From the sequence record LC667451.1: a stretch of DNA of 64,000 nt; one strand, given 5' to 3'. Numbering within the stretch: the first letter of the stretch is position 1; each line of letters begins with the position of its first letter. Both the position numbers and the translations under genes were made by a program. This document shows positions 19,522-28,815 of the stretch, one piece after another. Below the pieces are notes generated by a model, which was not told the DNA's origin, made no database searches, and saw only the letters and a list, made by a program, of their open reading frames with translations.

Positions 19522-21036
19522 TTACTTGAAGAGGTCCTTGGCTTTCGCTGCCAGGTGACGATTGCGCATCTTCTCGGCTTGCTTGGCGAGTTCCTGAATG
19601 ACTTCCGGTGCATGGGACTCACGCGCCGAGCCTTGCAGGTCCCGATAGATCGCAACAGCCAGACGATAGGCAAAGCCCGTCACCCGTGCTGCCATCGTTT
19701 CCACAATCGAGCGATAGGCATTCATGCGGTTGGCAATCAGCGAGAGATCCCGCACGTCTTGCCGCACGGCATCGAGCGCTTCACGCATCGGCTGCGCCAT
19801 GGAGTGATCCGGCATGCCTGGCGCGCCATCGGTAATGACGTTGCCAATCTTCGTCTCGATGATGTCGAGATACTTCTCGATCGTCAACAGACGAATGCCG
19901 ATATTACGCCCCGACTCAATCAGCTTCTTGGTCGGGCCCTGAGCCAATGCATCCGCCATGCGGGTGAACACTTGCTCAAAGGAGAGGTGAACTTGTGGAT
20001 CACCTTGCGAGGCTTCCATGTAGACGTGGTTGTAGTTATCCGCCACGTCTTGCAGCGTTTGCTGGCGACCTTGCCAGTTCAGTTCGATCCGTTGCAGCAG
20101 GATCTCGAGCGAGCGACCCTGCACGAGCTGATCACCCAGTTGGGTCGAACCCTGACTGGCGACGATACCGTTGAGCACGTTGGTCTTTTGCATCATGACC
20201 GAAAGTGCTTGCTGGACGAGGCCAACCAGGTCTTCAGTCATCATGGTCCAGGGACCTTGTTCGATGATGTCGTGGAAGATCGGATTACGGCCTTCCATAA
20301 ACTGCCGCACTTCATCGGTGGCTTCGGTGTCGTACAGGTAGTGGGCTACCAGCTTATCGAAGTCACTGACGTGCTGCGTTTCGCCGTGCTGGTCCTTCAG
20401 GTCAACGCCCTTGGTCACTTCGGCCTGGACCAGCTTAGCCAGGGTACCGAGATCTCGCAGGTCCTGTTGAATCTCTTCGGAGCGATACTCCTGCTGTTGC
20501 GCGACTTGCTCGACTTCCTTGACGATTTGGTCGTTGGACTTATTCATCAAGTGCTCGTTGGCATCACGGGAGCCCACAATCCACAGCGCAAAGCGACGCA
20601 ACAATTCGCGCAGCTTCTTGATGAGGTGTTGGAAGACTTCCTTGATCTTGCCGAGCACAGACTCCATCGCAGGCTTGTAGCGCGTGGCTGTAGGCTGCTT
20701 GGTGTACCAGTTAAGTGAGCGGCCGCCATCGAACTCAGCATCCAGGCGCATTGCTTCTTGGGCAATGGCCTGACTCATCCCGCCGAGTTTCTTCAAGTCG
20801 GCGAGCACGTAGCCCAGGTCTTCGATACGGTTCGCTTCTTGCGCGATCACTTGCAGGTCATCTTTCAGTTCGGGCACTTCACCCGGAATGACTTCCTTAA
20901 AGAGATCGTGCGCTTGGACCTCGGGCATCTGGTGGACGTCCGGGTAGCTCTTAACCGGTACAGTCTGATCGACTTCGTTCGCGTCAATGTCAGGCTCAAC
21001 TCCGTGGTTCAAACCCCACTCGTTAAGCCCCGACAT
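19522..21036 (-). CDS. Internal head protein (gp86-like), paralog family
   Basis: Acidic N-terminus, PAME/SV site followed by KIKEVFQHLIKKLRELL helix. Confidence 0.65.
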   Translation of the reverse strand: MSGLNEWGLNHGVEPDIDANEVDQTVPVKSYPDVHQMPEVQAHDLFKEVIPGEVPELKDDLQVIAQEANRIEDLGYVLADLKKLGGMSQAIAQEAMRLDAEFDGGRSLNWYTKQPTATRYKPAMESVLGKIKEVFQHLIKKLRELLRRFALWIVGSRDANEHLMNKSNDQIVKEVEQVAQQQEYRSEEIQQDLRDLGTLAKLVQAEVTKGVDLKDQHGETQHVSDFDKLVAHYLYDTEATDEVRQFMEGRNPIFHDIIEQGPWTMMTEDLVGLVQQALSVMMQKTNVLNGIVASQGSTQLGDQLVQGRSLEILLQRIELNWQGRQQTLQDVADNYNHVYMEASQGDPQVHLSFEQVFTRMADALAQGPTKKLIESGRNIGIRLLTIEKYLDIIETKIGNVITDGAPGMPDHSMAQPMREALDAVRQDVRDLSLIANRMNAYRSIVETMAARVTGFAYRLAVAIYRDLQGSARESHAPEVIQELAKQAEKMRNRHLAAKAKDLFK

Positions 21037-21490
21037 CCGCTGCCTCCGTGGTCTTCACCACGCAGAGCGCTTCACGCACGAGCGCGAAGATCGCGTCCTT
21101 GTGATCGTTGCAGAAGCAATGCATTTCTTCGGCCAGGTACAGCGTGGCGCCGACGACCGAGTCGACGAAGCCGAGCGTGGGCGGTGCGAAGAACTGCGCG
21201 CCGGGGTAAGCCGCCGAGTAACGCAGCAGCCAGAAGGTACGCACGACTTCACGGCAGTAGCGCGTGTCGAATACGACTTCTTCGTTGAAGCGGGCGATCA
21301 GGTCGGTGAGCGTCAGGCCGACTTGGGCGGTGAAGTAGTTCTCGGGCGAAACTTCGAGTTGCAGCGAAGGCAGCGAGAGCTTCGAGGCCAGCGCGATGCC
21401 GATACCGGTGGCGAGGATACGGCCACGCAGCGAGGGGTCGGTCACGACACGGTCAGCGACGCGCGAGAATTCCAGGTACTTGATGTCCAT
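21023..21490 (-). CDS. Virion protein (gp85-like)
   Basis: 155-aa ORF overlapping the next gene; synteny. Confidence 0.55.
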   Translation of the reverse strand: MDIKYLEFSRVADRVVTDPSLRGRILATGIGIALASKLSLPSLQLEVSPENYFTAQVGLTLTDLIARFNEEVVFDTRYCREVVRTFWLLRYSAAYPGAQFFAPPTLGFVDSVVGATLYLAEEMHCFCNDHKDAIFALVREALCVVKTTEAADVGA

Positions 21491-21515
21491 TTGTTTTCAG
21501 TCCGACGAGAGGGGG

Positions 21516-22832
21516 TTAGTACAACGTCTTCAGTTCTGCTGACTTGACGAACAGATCGTTCGCCACCAGCTGTTCGAGTTCGCGCGCGAGCTTCTCTTGC
21601 GCAAAGCGATCCCGGCGTTCCGAGGACAGGAAGTTGAACACAGCACTGATCAGCGTGAAGCGATCCTTCACCGTGAGGAGCAGGCGATCGATCACCACCA
21701 GGTCGGCCTTGATGCGCTCGACCAACTCCTTCGAGATGTCCCGATCCTTGAGCTGTTGCACGAGCTGGTCGCGAATACGCGACAGACGCACGCCAGGACG
21801 GTCGTAGGACTCGTGGCCGGGGCTGTCGAACAGGATGAGACCCATCCACACGAAGAACGGCACGATCGCCGCAGCGGGCGCTACAATGGCCAGCAGCACC
21901 GAACCGAGCATCATGATGACCTTCAGGATTTCCATCGCGATAAACATGCCGCCCGAGCGCACCGAGATGTCGCCGAAGGCACGATGGACTTTGTCCAGCG
22001 CCGTGATGAGGTCACGCTGCGCGCCGTGGCGAGCTGCGAACTGGTCGGCGAGCTGTTCCCAGTTGTTCTGGTCGTAGACGCTCGTGCCGATTTCCGACGG
22101 CGCCATCTTCGCCACTTCTTGCAGGATCTTGACCGTGGCCATCATGCCACCATTGCCGTCGGCCAGCTTCTTCAGTTCTTCTGCGTCGATCTTCAGCGCG
22201 TTGGCCGCAGTCGTCAGAATGACCATGCGTTCGTTCGGATCGTGGCTTTCTTCCAGACCACGCGCGACGCCCGCCAGCACCTGGTTGGTCGTGACTGAGT
22301 GGATCAGATACTCGAAGCCCGTGAAGAGATGGCCCACTTCATGCAGCGTGATCGCCGAGAGTTCACCAGGGGTGAACTCTGAACCACCGAAGCGACCACC
22401 GACCCATGACTTGGGCATGTTCAGCACGCACTTGATCTCGCTGAAGGCGCCGGTGACTTTACTGGTCACCAGGTTCACGGTACCGCGAATCAGCCCGTCC
22501 TCGGCCTTCTTGATCATCTTGAGGGCCGTCGTGTGCTGGAAGTACTCGCGCCAGACGTTGGAGAGCAGCGGGTTGTTCTTGTCCAGGATCGGCGGCATGC
22601 AGTACGCACCGCCTTCTTCCATGGTGAACTCGATCTGAATGCCCGTGCGATCGAAGATGGCCTGCGCAATGTTTTTGGCGGCATCCGATTCCGGCATCTG
22701 ACGCTGGCCGACCTTCTTCAGCTCTTCGAAGAGCCCGGAAAGCTGTTCATGGAAGGAATTGTCCTGGAAATCGATCATCTCCAGAGCAAGACCTACTGAC
22801 ATGAACGGGGAGAGTTGGTGTTGACTCTTCAT
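21516..22832 (-). CDS. Virion protein (gp84-like) with a zinc-metallopeptidase motif and hydrophobic C-terminal segment
   Basis: HEVGH (HExxH) at 22329-22343, downstream EQLADQFA, and a long hydrophobic stretch. Confidence 0.65.
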   Translation of the reverse strand: MKSQHQLSPFMSVGLALEMIDFQDNSFHEQLSGLFEELKKVGQRQMPESDAAKNIAQAIFDRTGIQIEFTMEEGGAYCMPPILDKNNPLLSNVWREYFQHTTALKMIKKAEDGLIRGTVNLVTSKVTGAFSEIKCVLNMPKSWVGGRFGGSEFTPGELSAITLHEVGHLFTGFEYLIHSVTTNQVLAGVARGLEESHDPNERMVILTTAANALKIDAEELKKLADGNGGMMATVKILQEVAKMAPSEIGTSVYDQNNWEQLADQFAARHGAQRDLITALDKVHRAFGDISVRSGGMFIAMEILKVIMMLGSVLLAIVAPAAAIVPFFVWMGLILFDSPGHESYDRPGVRLSRIRDQLVQQLKDRDISKELVERIKADLVVIDRLLLTVKDRFTLISAVFNFLSSERRDRFAQEKLARELEQLVANDLFVKSAELKTLY

Positions 22833-22924
22833 CGTTGTCCCTAGGGTGATTTCATCAATATCAGAAAATACCGAAGGCGGCCATCTTCTGACGCGAATGT
22901 CATAGAAATGACGCTGGAGAACGA

Positions 22925-23242
22925 ATGATTCAATTAGTGCTTGGCTATATCAGGACGCACCTGACGTACGACATGATCAATGCGTGTCTGGAGCTTGCGG
23001 GGGCAACGCTTCGATCCATCGATTGCATCAAGCTGTATCGAGCCAAGCGTTTCCAAGGAGGCTCGCTCTGGACCGCCCTGTTCTTCTTTTTGTGGGGTCT
23101 GTTTAACATCGTTTATTATCCGTCATTTAACCAGACCTACAGCTGGGCGGCTGCCATTGCGCTGACAGTTGTGAATGGTCTCTGGATTTCGATGGCGGTG
23201 TTTTACAATCGTCGTTATAGCAAACAACAGGTTAAAGCATGA
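22925..23242 (+). CDS. Small multi-pass membrane protein (PQ-loop/SemiSWEET-like)
   Basis: About three hydrophobic helices; FFFLWGLFNIVYYP...Q motif; ATGA overlap with the polymerase gene. Confidence 0.5.
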   Translation: MIQLVLGYIRTHLTYDMINACLELAGATLRSIDCIKLYRAKRFQGGSLWTALFFFLWGLFNIVYYPSFNQTYSWAAAIALTVVNGLWISMAVFYNRRYSKQQVKA

Positions 23243-25194
23243 GCGAAGTGAAAAATGTAGCTGCGGCTGACAAACCCATTGGGTACGAATGCCGGTTCGC
23301 CGTGTATTGTCCTCCGCCTCCGGGCTCGGACGATGACTACCATCTGGTCAAGGAAGTCGCGCACTACGCGGATGGCCGCAAAGAACCGCGCACTCGACTG
23401 GTGAAGAACTATCCTCGGCCGTTCTGGGTGACCAAGAAAGGTTGCCGGAATCACGAGCAGAAGAAGGAATGGGAAGAGCTCAATAAGCTCGACAAGTTCG
23501 AAGCTACCCAGTCCAAGCTGAACGATGCGATCAAGAAGGCGCTGGACATGCGCTGGTTCCAAGGGGACCCGCGTCAACTCTCGCGTTCACCCTTCCTGTA
23601 TGGCTCGGACATTCTGTCGACGGCCGTCATGAAGAAGACGTATCAGAAGAAGTGGCCCAATCTGCAAACACCGTACACGGTGGCCTGCTTCGATACGGAA
23701 AAGGACGTCGTCTACGGTACCGAAGAGATCAACATGGCGACGCTCTCATTCGGCAAGAAGGTCTTCACGGCAGTGCAGAAGGCATTCGTCGAAGGGCTAT
23801 CGGATGTGCAGGATCGAGCGCACGCCACCTTCAAGAAGTATCTGTCAGCGATTGACATGAAGGACAAGAAGGACAACCCGATCGTGGTCGACGTGATCGA
23901 GAAACGTGGGCTGGAGTGGGAACTGGTGGTGGTCGAGTCGGAAATCGATGTCATCGTCGAATGCATGAAGAAAGCGCACGAATGGAAGCCCGACTTCGTC
24001 GCGATCTGGAACATCGACTTCGACATGCAGATGATGATCAAGGCCTGCGAGAAAGCTGGCTACGATCCTGCTCACCTCTTTAGCGATCCATCGATGCCGC
24101 ATGACTGGCGTCACTTTAAGTACAAGCAAGGCCCGAAGCAGAAGAAGACGGCCTCCGGCAAGATCACGCCGATTAAGCCTGCAGATCAATGGCACACGGT
24201 TTATACGCCAGCGAGCTTCTACTTCATCGACGCGATGTGTGTGTACCGGAAGATCCGGATTGCCAAGGGGGAAGAGCCGTCGTATGCGCTGGACGCCATC
24301 CTGGACAAGATCTTGGGTGCGCGTAAGCTCAAGTTCAAGGAAGCCGAGCAGTACACCAAGCTCGAGTGGCACCAGTACATGCAGCAGAACTTCAAGCTCG
24401 AATACATCGTCTACAACGTCTTTGACTGTGTATCGATGGAGATGCTGGACGAGACCACGCTAGACTTAGCGGTGGCGTTACCAGGTGGATCGGGTTGCTC
24501 AGACTTCGGCAACTTCAAGTCACAGCCGCGTCGTACCGTGGACGATCTGCATTACTTCGCCATGGACGAGAAGGGGCTGGTCATCGGTAGTACGTCTGAT
24601 GAGATGGCGTCCGACCTGGATCAGCTGACGCTTGGTCTGGAGAACTGGATCGTCACACTGCCTGCTCACCTGGTGGCGGACAACGGTTTGCAGTTGATCG
24701 AAGAGTATCCGTTGTTGCGCACCAATATCCGGGTGCACGTGGCGGACTTGGACGTCTCGGCATCGTACCCGAACGGTGAGGTGGTCTTTAACATCGGTAA
24801 GTGTACGACCAAGAAGGAGCTCTGTAGCGTCGAGGGTGTCTCCGAACAGTTGCAGCGCGCTCAGGGTATCAATCTGTCGGGAGGCCACACGAACGCGGTT
24901 GAGTTCTGTGTGGATATGTACAAGCTTCCACACATGGACACCTGGCTGCGTGAGTTCAACATGGCGCGCGGGATTCCGCTGGTACAAGATGCGACCCAGG
25001 AAGAACTGGACTTCATCTCGTCTCTGCTGCGCTCGGGTGAAGGTTCACCGACGACACCGGTTCGTCTGCAGATGACCACGGGCGTGACCATGACGATGGG
25101 TGGTGAACATCGTCCGATCAACGAGAACGGTTGGATCGACATGACGGACGCTGATAGCGAATCCGATCAGGCCATTGTTGCCATGGAGGAGTAA
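23239..25194 (+). CDS. Split family B DNA polymerase, exonuclease-containing subunit (gp82-like)
   Basis: ExoI FDTE, ExoII WNIDFD, ExoIII YNVFD, and PolB motif A DVSASYP (24751-24771); no motif B/C in this ORF. Confidence 0.85.
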   Translation: MSEVKNVAAADKPIGYECRFAVYCPPPPGSDDDYHLVKEVAHYADGRKEPRTRLVKNYPRPFWVTKKGCRNHEQKKEWEELNKLDKFEATQSKLNDAIKKALDMRWFQGDPRQLSRSPFLYGSDILSTAVMKKTYQKKWPNLQTPYTVACFDTEKDVVYGTEEINMATLSFGKKVFTAVQKAFVEGLSDVQDRAHATFKKYLSAIDMKDKKDNPIVVDVIEKRGLEWELVVVESEIDVIVECMKKAHEWKPDFVAIWNIDFDMQMMIKACEKAGYDPAHLFSDPSMPHDWRHFKYKQGPKQKKTASGKITPIKPADQWHTVYTPASFYFIDAMCVYRKIRIAKGEEPSYALDAILDKILGARKLKFKEAEQYTKLEWHQYMQQNFKLEYIVYNVFDCVSMEMLDETTLDLAVALPGGSGCSDFGNFKSQPRRTVDDLHYFAMDEKGLVIGSTSDEMASDLDQLTLGLENWIVTLPAHLVADNGLQLIEEYPLLRTNIRVHVADLDVSASYPNGEVVFNIGKCTTKKELCSVEGVSEQLQRAQGINLSGGHTNAVEFCVDMYKLPHMDTWLREFNMARGIPLVQDATQEELDFISSLLRSGEGSPTTPVRLQMTTGVTMTMGGEHRPINENGWIDMTDADSESDQAIVAMEE

Positions 25195-25436
25195 TGCTGC
25201 ACGAGACTTACTTCAACACCAGTCCAACTGATCCGGTGAAGTTGGAGCCGGGCAACAAGCATCGGAAGATCAACTTCGATCTGTGTACGGCAATTGATCT
25301 GACCAAGATGAGTATTGTCTTGGATGATCTGGTGGCCGCAGGCATGCATCCCAACCTGGCTCACTTGTATAAGATCCAGGCCGATGCGCTCTTGCAGCAG
25401 TTGCGTTCTGAGAACAACCGTATCCACGGTCTCTGA
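25194..25436 (+). CDS. Hypothetical protein
   Basis: 80 aa; TAATG coupling to the polymerase gene; followed by a terminator. Confidence 0.6.
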   Translation: MLHETYFNTSPTDPVKLEPGNKHRKINFDLCTAIDLTKMSIVLDDLVAAGMHPNLAHLYKIQADALLQQLRSENNRIHGL

Positions 25437-25440
25437 GGAC

Positions 25441-25489
25441 AAAAAAAAAAGAGGTCATAACGAGCGAGCCCTAGGGCTCGCTCTATGAC
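25441..25489. terminator. Bidirectional terminator between convergent genes
   Basis: A-tract, then GTCATA, GAGCGAGCCC-TA-GGGCTCGCTC, TATGAC. Confidence 0.8.
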
Positions 25490-25490
25490 G

Positions 25491-26141
25491 TTACTTGGCT
25501 TTCCAGGGCAAACGGTCTTCCCACTTCAAGCGCAGTACGCGAGCGTAGCGATCCGCCAGCTGACGAGTGCGACCAACGCTCAATTCCAATACTTCGGCCA
25601 TCTTGACGTACGTGATGCCGCGCGCATGGAGCTCGACGACTAGCTTGCTCACCAACATGGCCATGTCGTGCGTGACACGGTTCATCTTGTCCAGGTCGTC
25701 TGCATATCGCAGACGCTCAGACGAGCCAAACATCCATGCGCGTTCATCATCCGTGAGCACGTTGGAAAGCGTACTCAGGGCAGCCGCCTTGCGCATGTGG
25801 GCGTCTAGCCTGACGATGTAGGGCCGACGCATTTCGTTCAACGCATGCTGACTGCCCAGACGAATGGCTCGCGTTTCCAACTCTTCGAACTTGACACGGG
25901 TGAATTCCGAGACATGGTAGAGGTAGTCTTCGCGGTTGTCTTCGTCTCGTGCTTCCCAGGCCGCGTCGAACTCGTCGACCCACGCCTTCACGTGATCAAA
26001 CATCCCGCGTGAACCACCCACCATGTCCATCAGTTCCTCACCGCGCGCCTTCGAGAGCTTATTCCAGAGCACTCCCACGTCCATGGAGATGTCGAAGAGA
26101 ATTTCCTGCTGGCGCTGCAAGTCCTGTAGTGTATTTGCCAC
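25491..26141 (-). CDS. Hypothetical protein with C-terminal helix-turn-helix
   Basis: GITYVKMAEVLELSVGRTRQL resembles an HTH; RBS-like GGAG. Confidence 0.55.
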   Translation of the reverse strand: MANTLQDLQRQQEILFDISMDVGVLWNKLSKARGEELMDMVGGSRGMFDHVKAWVDEFDAAWEARDEDNREDYLYHVSEFTRVKFEELETRAIRLGSQHALNEMRRPYIVRLDAHMRKAAALSTLSNVLTDDERAWMFGSSERLRYADDLDKMNRVTHDMAMLVSKLVVELHARGITYVKMAEVLELSVGRTRQLADRYARVLRLKWEDRLPWKAK

Positions 26142-26155
26142 GGCAATCTCCTTGG

Positions 26156-26713
26156 TTATTCTGCCATGACCAGACGGAACGCTGTCACCTCAACTTCTTC
26201 ATCGAGGATCTCGCGTTCCAGATCGGCCGGGTCGATTGCGCCCGGATGGAACTTGTGGATCGTGTGCACACGACGCTGACCGTCGGACCAGTTGTTCTCC
26301 TCCCAGTCCCAGACAATCACCGAAGTCGAGTAGCCGTAGCCGTACGCATGGCGGACCTCGTATTCCTGGTCCTTGAACTTCAGTGTCGCGACGGCCACCG
26401 GGATCTTCTTCAGTAGGCCGAGCGGACCTTCCTTGCGGTCGTACACCAGCGTCGGGTCTTTCAGCAGATTGCAGAAGCGCTTGATCTCGCTTTCCTTAGC
26501 ATCGCGATCCGCTTTAGTGGGGAACCACCAGGCGTAGATATGTGACTCGCCTGACACCGGATCGGTTTCGTTGGGATGGCCGAAACGACCAATGAACATC
26601 TTGTTCTTGGCTGCTGCACCCCAGACGCGCAGCATGAACCATTCGCTATCGCGACGGCGGATGATTTGCTTGACTTGCTTGCGTGCGATCTTGAAAACTT
26701 CTGCTTCACTCAT
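26156..26713 (-). CDS. Hypothetical early protein
   Basis: 185-aa ORF; GAGGAG RBS. Confidence 0.65.
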   Translation of the reverse strand: MSEAEVFKIARKQVKQIIRRRDSEWFMLRVWGAAAKNKMFIGRFGHPNETDPVSGESHIYAWWFPTKADRDAKESEIKRFCNLLKDPTLVYDRKEGPLGLLKKIPVAVATLKFKDQEYEVRHAYGYGYSTSVIVWDWEENNWSDGQRRVHTIHKFHPGAIDPADLEREILDEEVEVTAFRLVMAE

Positions 26714-26731
26714 TTCTACTCTCCTCGTACC

Positions 26732-27064
26732 TTAACGAATAATTTCCAGACCTTCCCACCGAATGATGCGTCCTGTGTAGTCCGTTCTAAAATAACCTAC
26801 GACCGTGATTGGGTCGATCTGCATGCCTTCGAGCAGCGTTTCCTTCGCTTCGCAACGCATGACCAACTTCCAGCCCTCCGTAACCATGCTGAGCTCTTTG
26901 ACTTCAGTCTCGATACGCGATGCGCCAACCATGTAGTCGTAGTTGATCAGGTGTTTCATGTCGCGCACCCAAAGATCCACCCACATGGTACCGCCCAATG
27001 CTGAGAGATTCTCTTTCAGCCAGACTTGCAGGTCATTAAAGCCTTTGACTTCATTCGGGTTCAT
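26732..27064 (-). CDS. Hypothetical early protein
   Basis: 110-aa ORF; GAGGAG RBS. Confidence 0.65.
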   Translation of the reverse strand: MNPNEVKGFNDLQVWLKENLSALGGTMWVDLWVRDMKHLINYDYMVGASRIETEVKELSMVTEGWKLVMRCEAKETLLEGMQIDPITVVGYFRTDYTGRIIRWEGLEIIR

Positions 27065-27084
27065 GCGTACTCTCCTCGTCGAAG

Positions 27085-27108
27085 GCCCTCCGGAAGGAGG
27101 GCGCTATG
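27085..27108. terminator. Hairpin with TATG flank
   Basis: GCCCTCC-GGAA-GGAGGGC. Confidence 0.55.
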
Positions 27109-27111
27109 CTC

Positions 27112-27738
27112 TTACTTGATGCCGTTGTGGCGGGCGAATTCGTCAAACGTCCAGGTCGTATTGGCTTGCGTGCCAATACGTTCCTTGTAGACAGTTAGCC
27201 ACATGTCCTGGAACGGCTTGCCTTTGTCCTTCGCTTCCTGAAGGAGCGCCTTGTGACGCTCATTGGCGTTACGCCACACGGCGCCATCGTCCGAGTAGTC
27301 GTACCACCAGTTATGGCTCTCCAGGCGCGCACGAAACGCCATGAGCTCCTTTTGTTCAGGCGTCATGATGGCTTCGTAATCCGCTTTCAGCTTCTGGATC
27401 TTCTCCTGCGTCTTATCGCGCTCGTTACGGATCGCCTGATCCACGGCCGTGCTGATCAGACTGCGGATGGAGTCTTCCTTCACGCGACGGAAGGTATCCA
27501 GACCGCGCAATGCTTGTGACATCGCCCGGCTGAACAGGCGGTCTTCCGCCTTGGTCTGCTGGATGAAGTCACCGTAGTTATTCGTGGTGTGTGCCCAGAC
27601 GTGCTGGTACAGATCTTCCATGAAGTCTTCGAACGACTCCGTGGGCTTGAATGCTTCACGACGAATCGGAGTACCGAATTCACGCGGCAGATTCCTGTTG
27701 GGATTCGGGGTACGCTTTTCGTTTTGCATGATGATCAA
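27112..27738 (-). CDS. Hypothetical early protein (HNWWYDYSDD motif)
   Basis: 208-aa ORF directly below the promoter motif at 27793. Confidence 0.65.
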   Translation of the reverse strand: MIIMQNEKRTPNPNRNLPREFGTPIRREAFKPTESFEDFMEDLYQHVWAHTTNNYGDFIQQTKAEDRLFSRAMSQALRGLDTFRRVKEDSIRSLISTAVDQAIRNERDKTQEKIQKLKADYEAIMTPEQKELMAFRARLESHNWWYDYSDDGAVWRNANERHKALLQEAKDKGKPFQDMWLTVYKERIGTQANTTWTFDEFARHNGIK

Positions 27739-27786
27739 CTCGTAGACATTAAAGGGATTTGTTCTTGGAGTTCTACTCCATGTAAC

Positions 27787-27815
27787 AGTCCGGTAATATA
27801 GATCCGAAATAAAAT
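27787..27815 (-). promoter_or_regulatory. Early promoter (TATATTAC)
   Basis: Minus strand TTTATTTCGGATCTATATTACC; matches the phiKZ early TATTAC element. Confidence 0.65.
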
Positions 27816-27826
27816 AGAATCGACGT

Positions 27827-27852
27827 CATAGAGCGGAGCCGAAGCCCCGCTC
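27827..27852. terminator. Hairpin after endolysin
   Basis: CATA then GAGCGGAGC-CGAA-GCCCCGCTC. Confidence 0.65.
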
Positions 27853-27856
27853 AGAC

Positions 27857-28708
27857 TTACCCGTAGATCGGGAAGAGTTGATTGAACGCATTGGCCAGCC
27901 GCGTATGGTACGGCGGGTTGCTGTTCGCTTCGTTGCTGCCGTTGTACTGACGGGCGAAGTTCAACCAGTCCTTGTTCTGCAGCAGCTTCTGCATCTGACC
28001 ACCCGAGGTGATCTTGATGAAGTTCACGAACGCTTCGAGTTGCTTGTCTTCCGAGACACGCATGTCAGTGACAAAGCTGTCGACGTCCTTGTAGCCCGCC
28101 CAGTCGTAGTGGAAACCCATGATCTGGAACAGACCCCAGGAACACGCACCCATGGCCGCTTTCGGATTCAGGGCGAAGGCACGATTGAAGCGGCTGTACT
28201 CACCTGCACCGCCCGCATAACCACCCGGCGTCGCGTTGATGATGTCGCCATTGCCTTTGGCTACCCAGGTATTGATCTGGGCTTGCTGCACACCGAGAGC
28301 CAACAGCTGCTTCAGGAAGATGTGGCGTTCGAACAGGATGATGCAACGGCCATCCGGCAAGAAACCTGAACCCGACGTCTCCACCGTACACACTGTGCGA
28401 ATCGTCGAGGTGAGGATACCGAGTTGCTGCGCCGCTGCGACATAGTCGTGCGATTGCAGATACTTGGCGACGATGAACGCATCCAGCAATCCTTGCGTAG
28501 CTGTGTCGTATTGGCCCGTCGACGGAATCCCGCTTTTCATCTGGAACTGCTGGAGGACCGCAATCGACTTGGGACCGAAGTTACCATCGGGCACCAGAGA
28601 CGGACTGGGATTGACTTTCTCATTCAGAGCCTTCTGGAGACCCTTCGTGTATTCTGCATCGAACTGTGGCGTGATCGCACTACCCAATGCTGCTGTTTGG
28701 CCAGCCAT
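27857..28708 (-). CDS. Modular endolysin: peptidoglycan-binding domain plus DUF3380-type N-acetylmuramidase
   Basis: N-terminal LQKAL...DGNFGP...FQ...G.YD.AT PG-binding motif; VETSG, ILFERHIF, SWGLFQIMGF, FARQYNG catalytic-domain motifs. Confidence 0.9.
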   Translation of the reverse strand: MAGQTAALGSAITPQFDAEYTKGLQKALNEKVNPSPSLVPDGNFGPKSIAVLQQFQMKSGIPSTGQYDTATQGLLDAFIVAKYLQSHDYVAAAQQLGILTSTIRTVCTVETSGSGFLPDGRCIILFERHIFLKQLLALGVQQAQINTWVAKGNGDIINATPGGYAGGAGEYSRFNRAFALNPKAAMGACSWGLFQIMGFHYDWAGYKDVDSFVTDMRVSEDKQLEAFVNFIKITSGGQMQKLLQNKDWLNFARQYNGSNEANSNPPYHTRLANAFNQLFPIYG

Positions 28709-28815
28709 AACTACTCCTTAACGTAATAGAGCCCCCGAGGCAGTGGAACCCGCTATAGGATTCCACTAGCCACGAGGACTCAGCACCCGTTAAGGTGAGA
28801 CAGTAATGCTACGGC

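Noticed and set aside
25439-25450. Poly-A tracts (also near 37680 and 45824) as phase-variation sites
   Set aside because: They are intergenic and adjoin hairpins, consistent with minus-strand terminator U-tracts.
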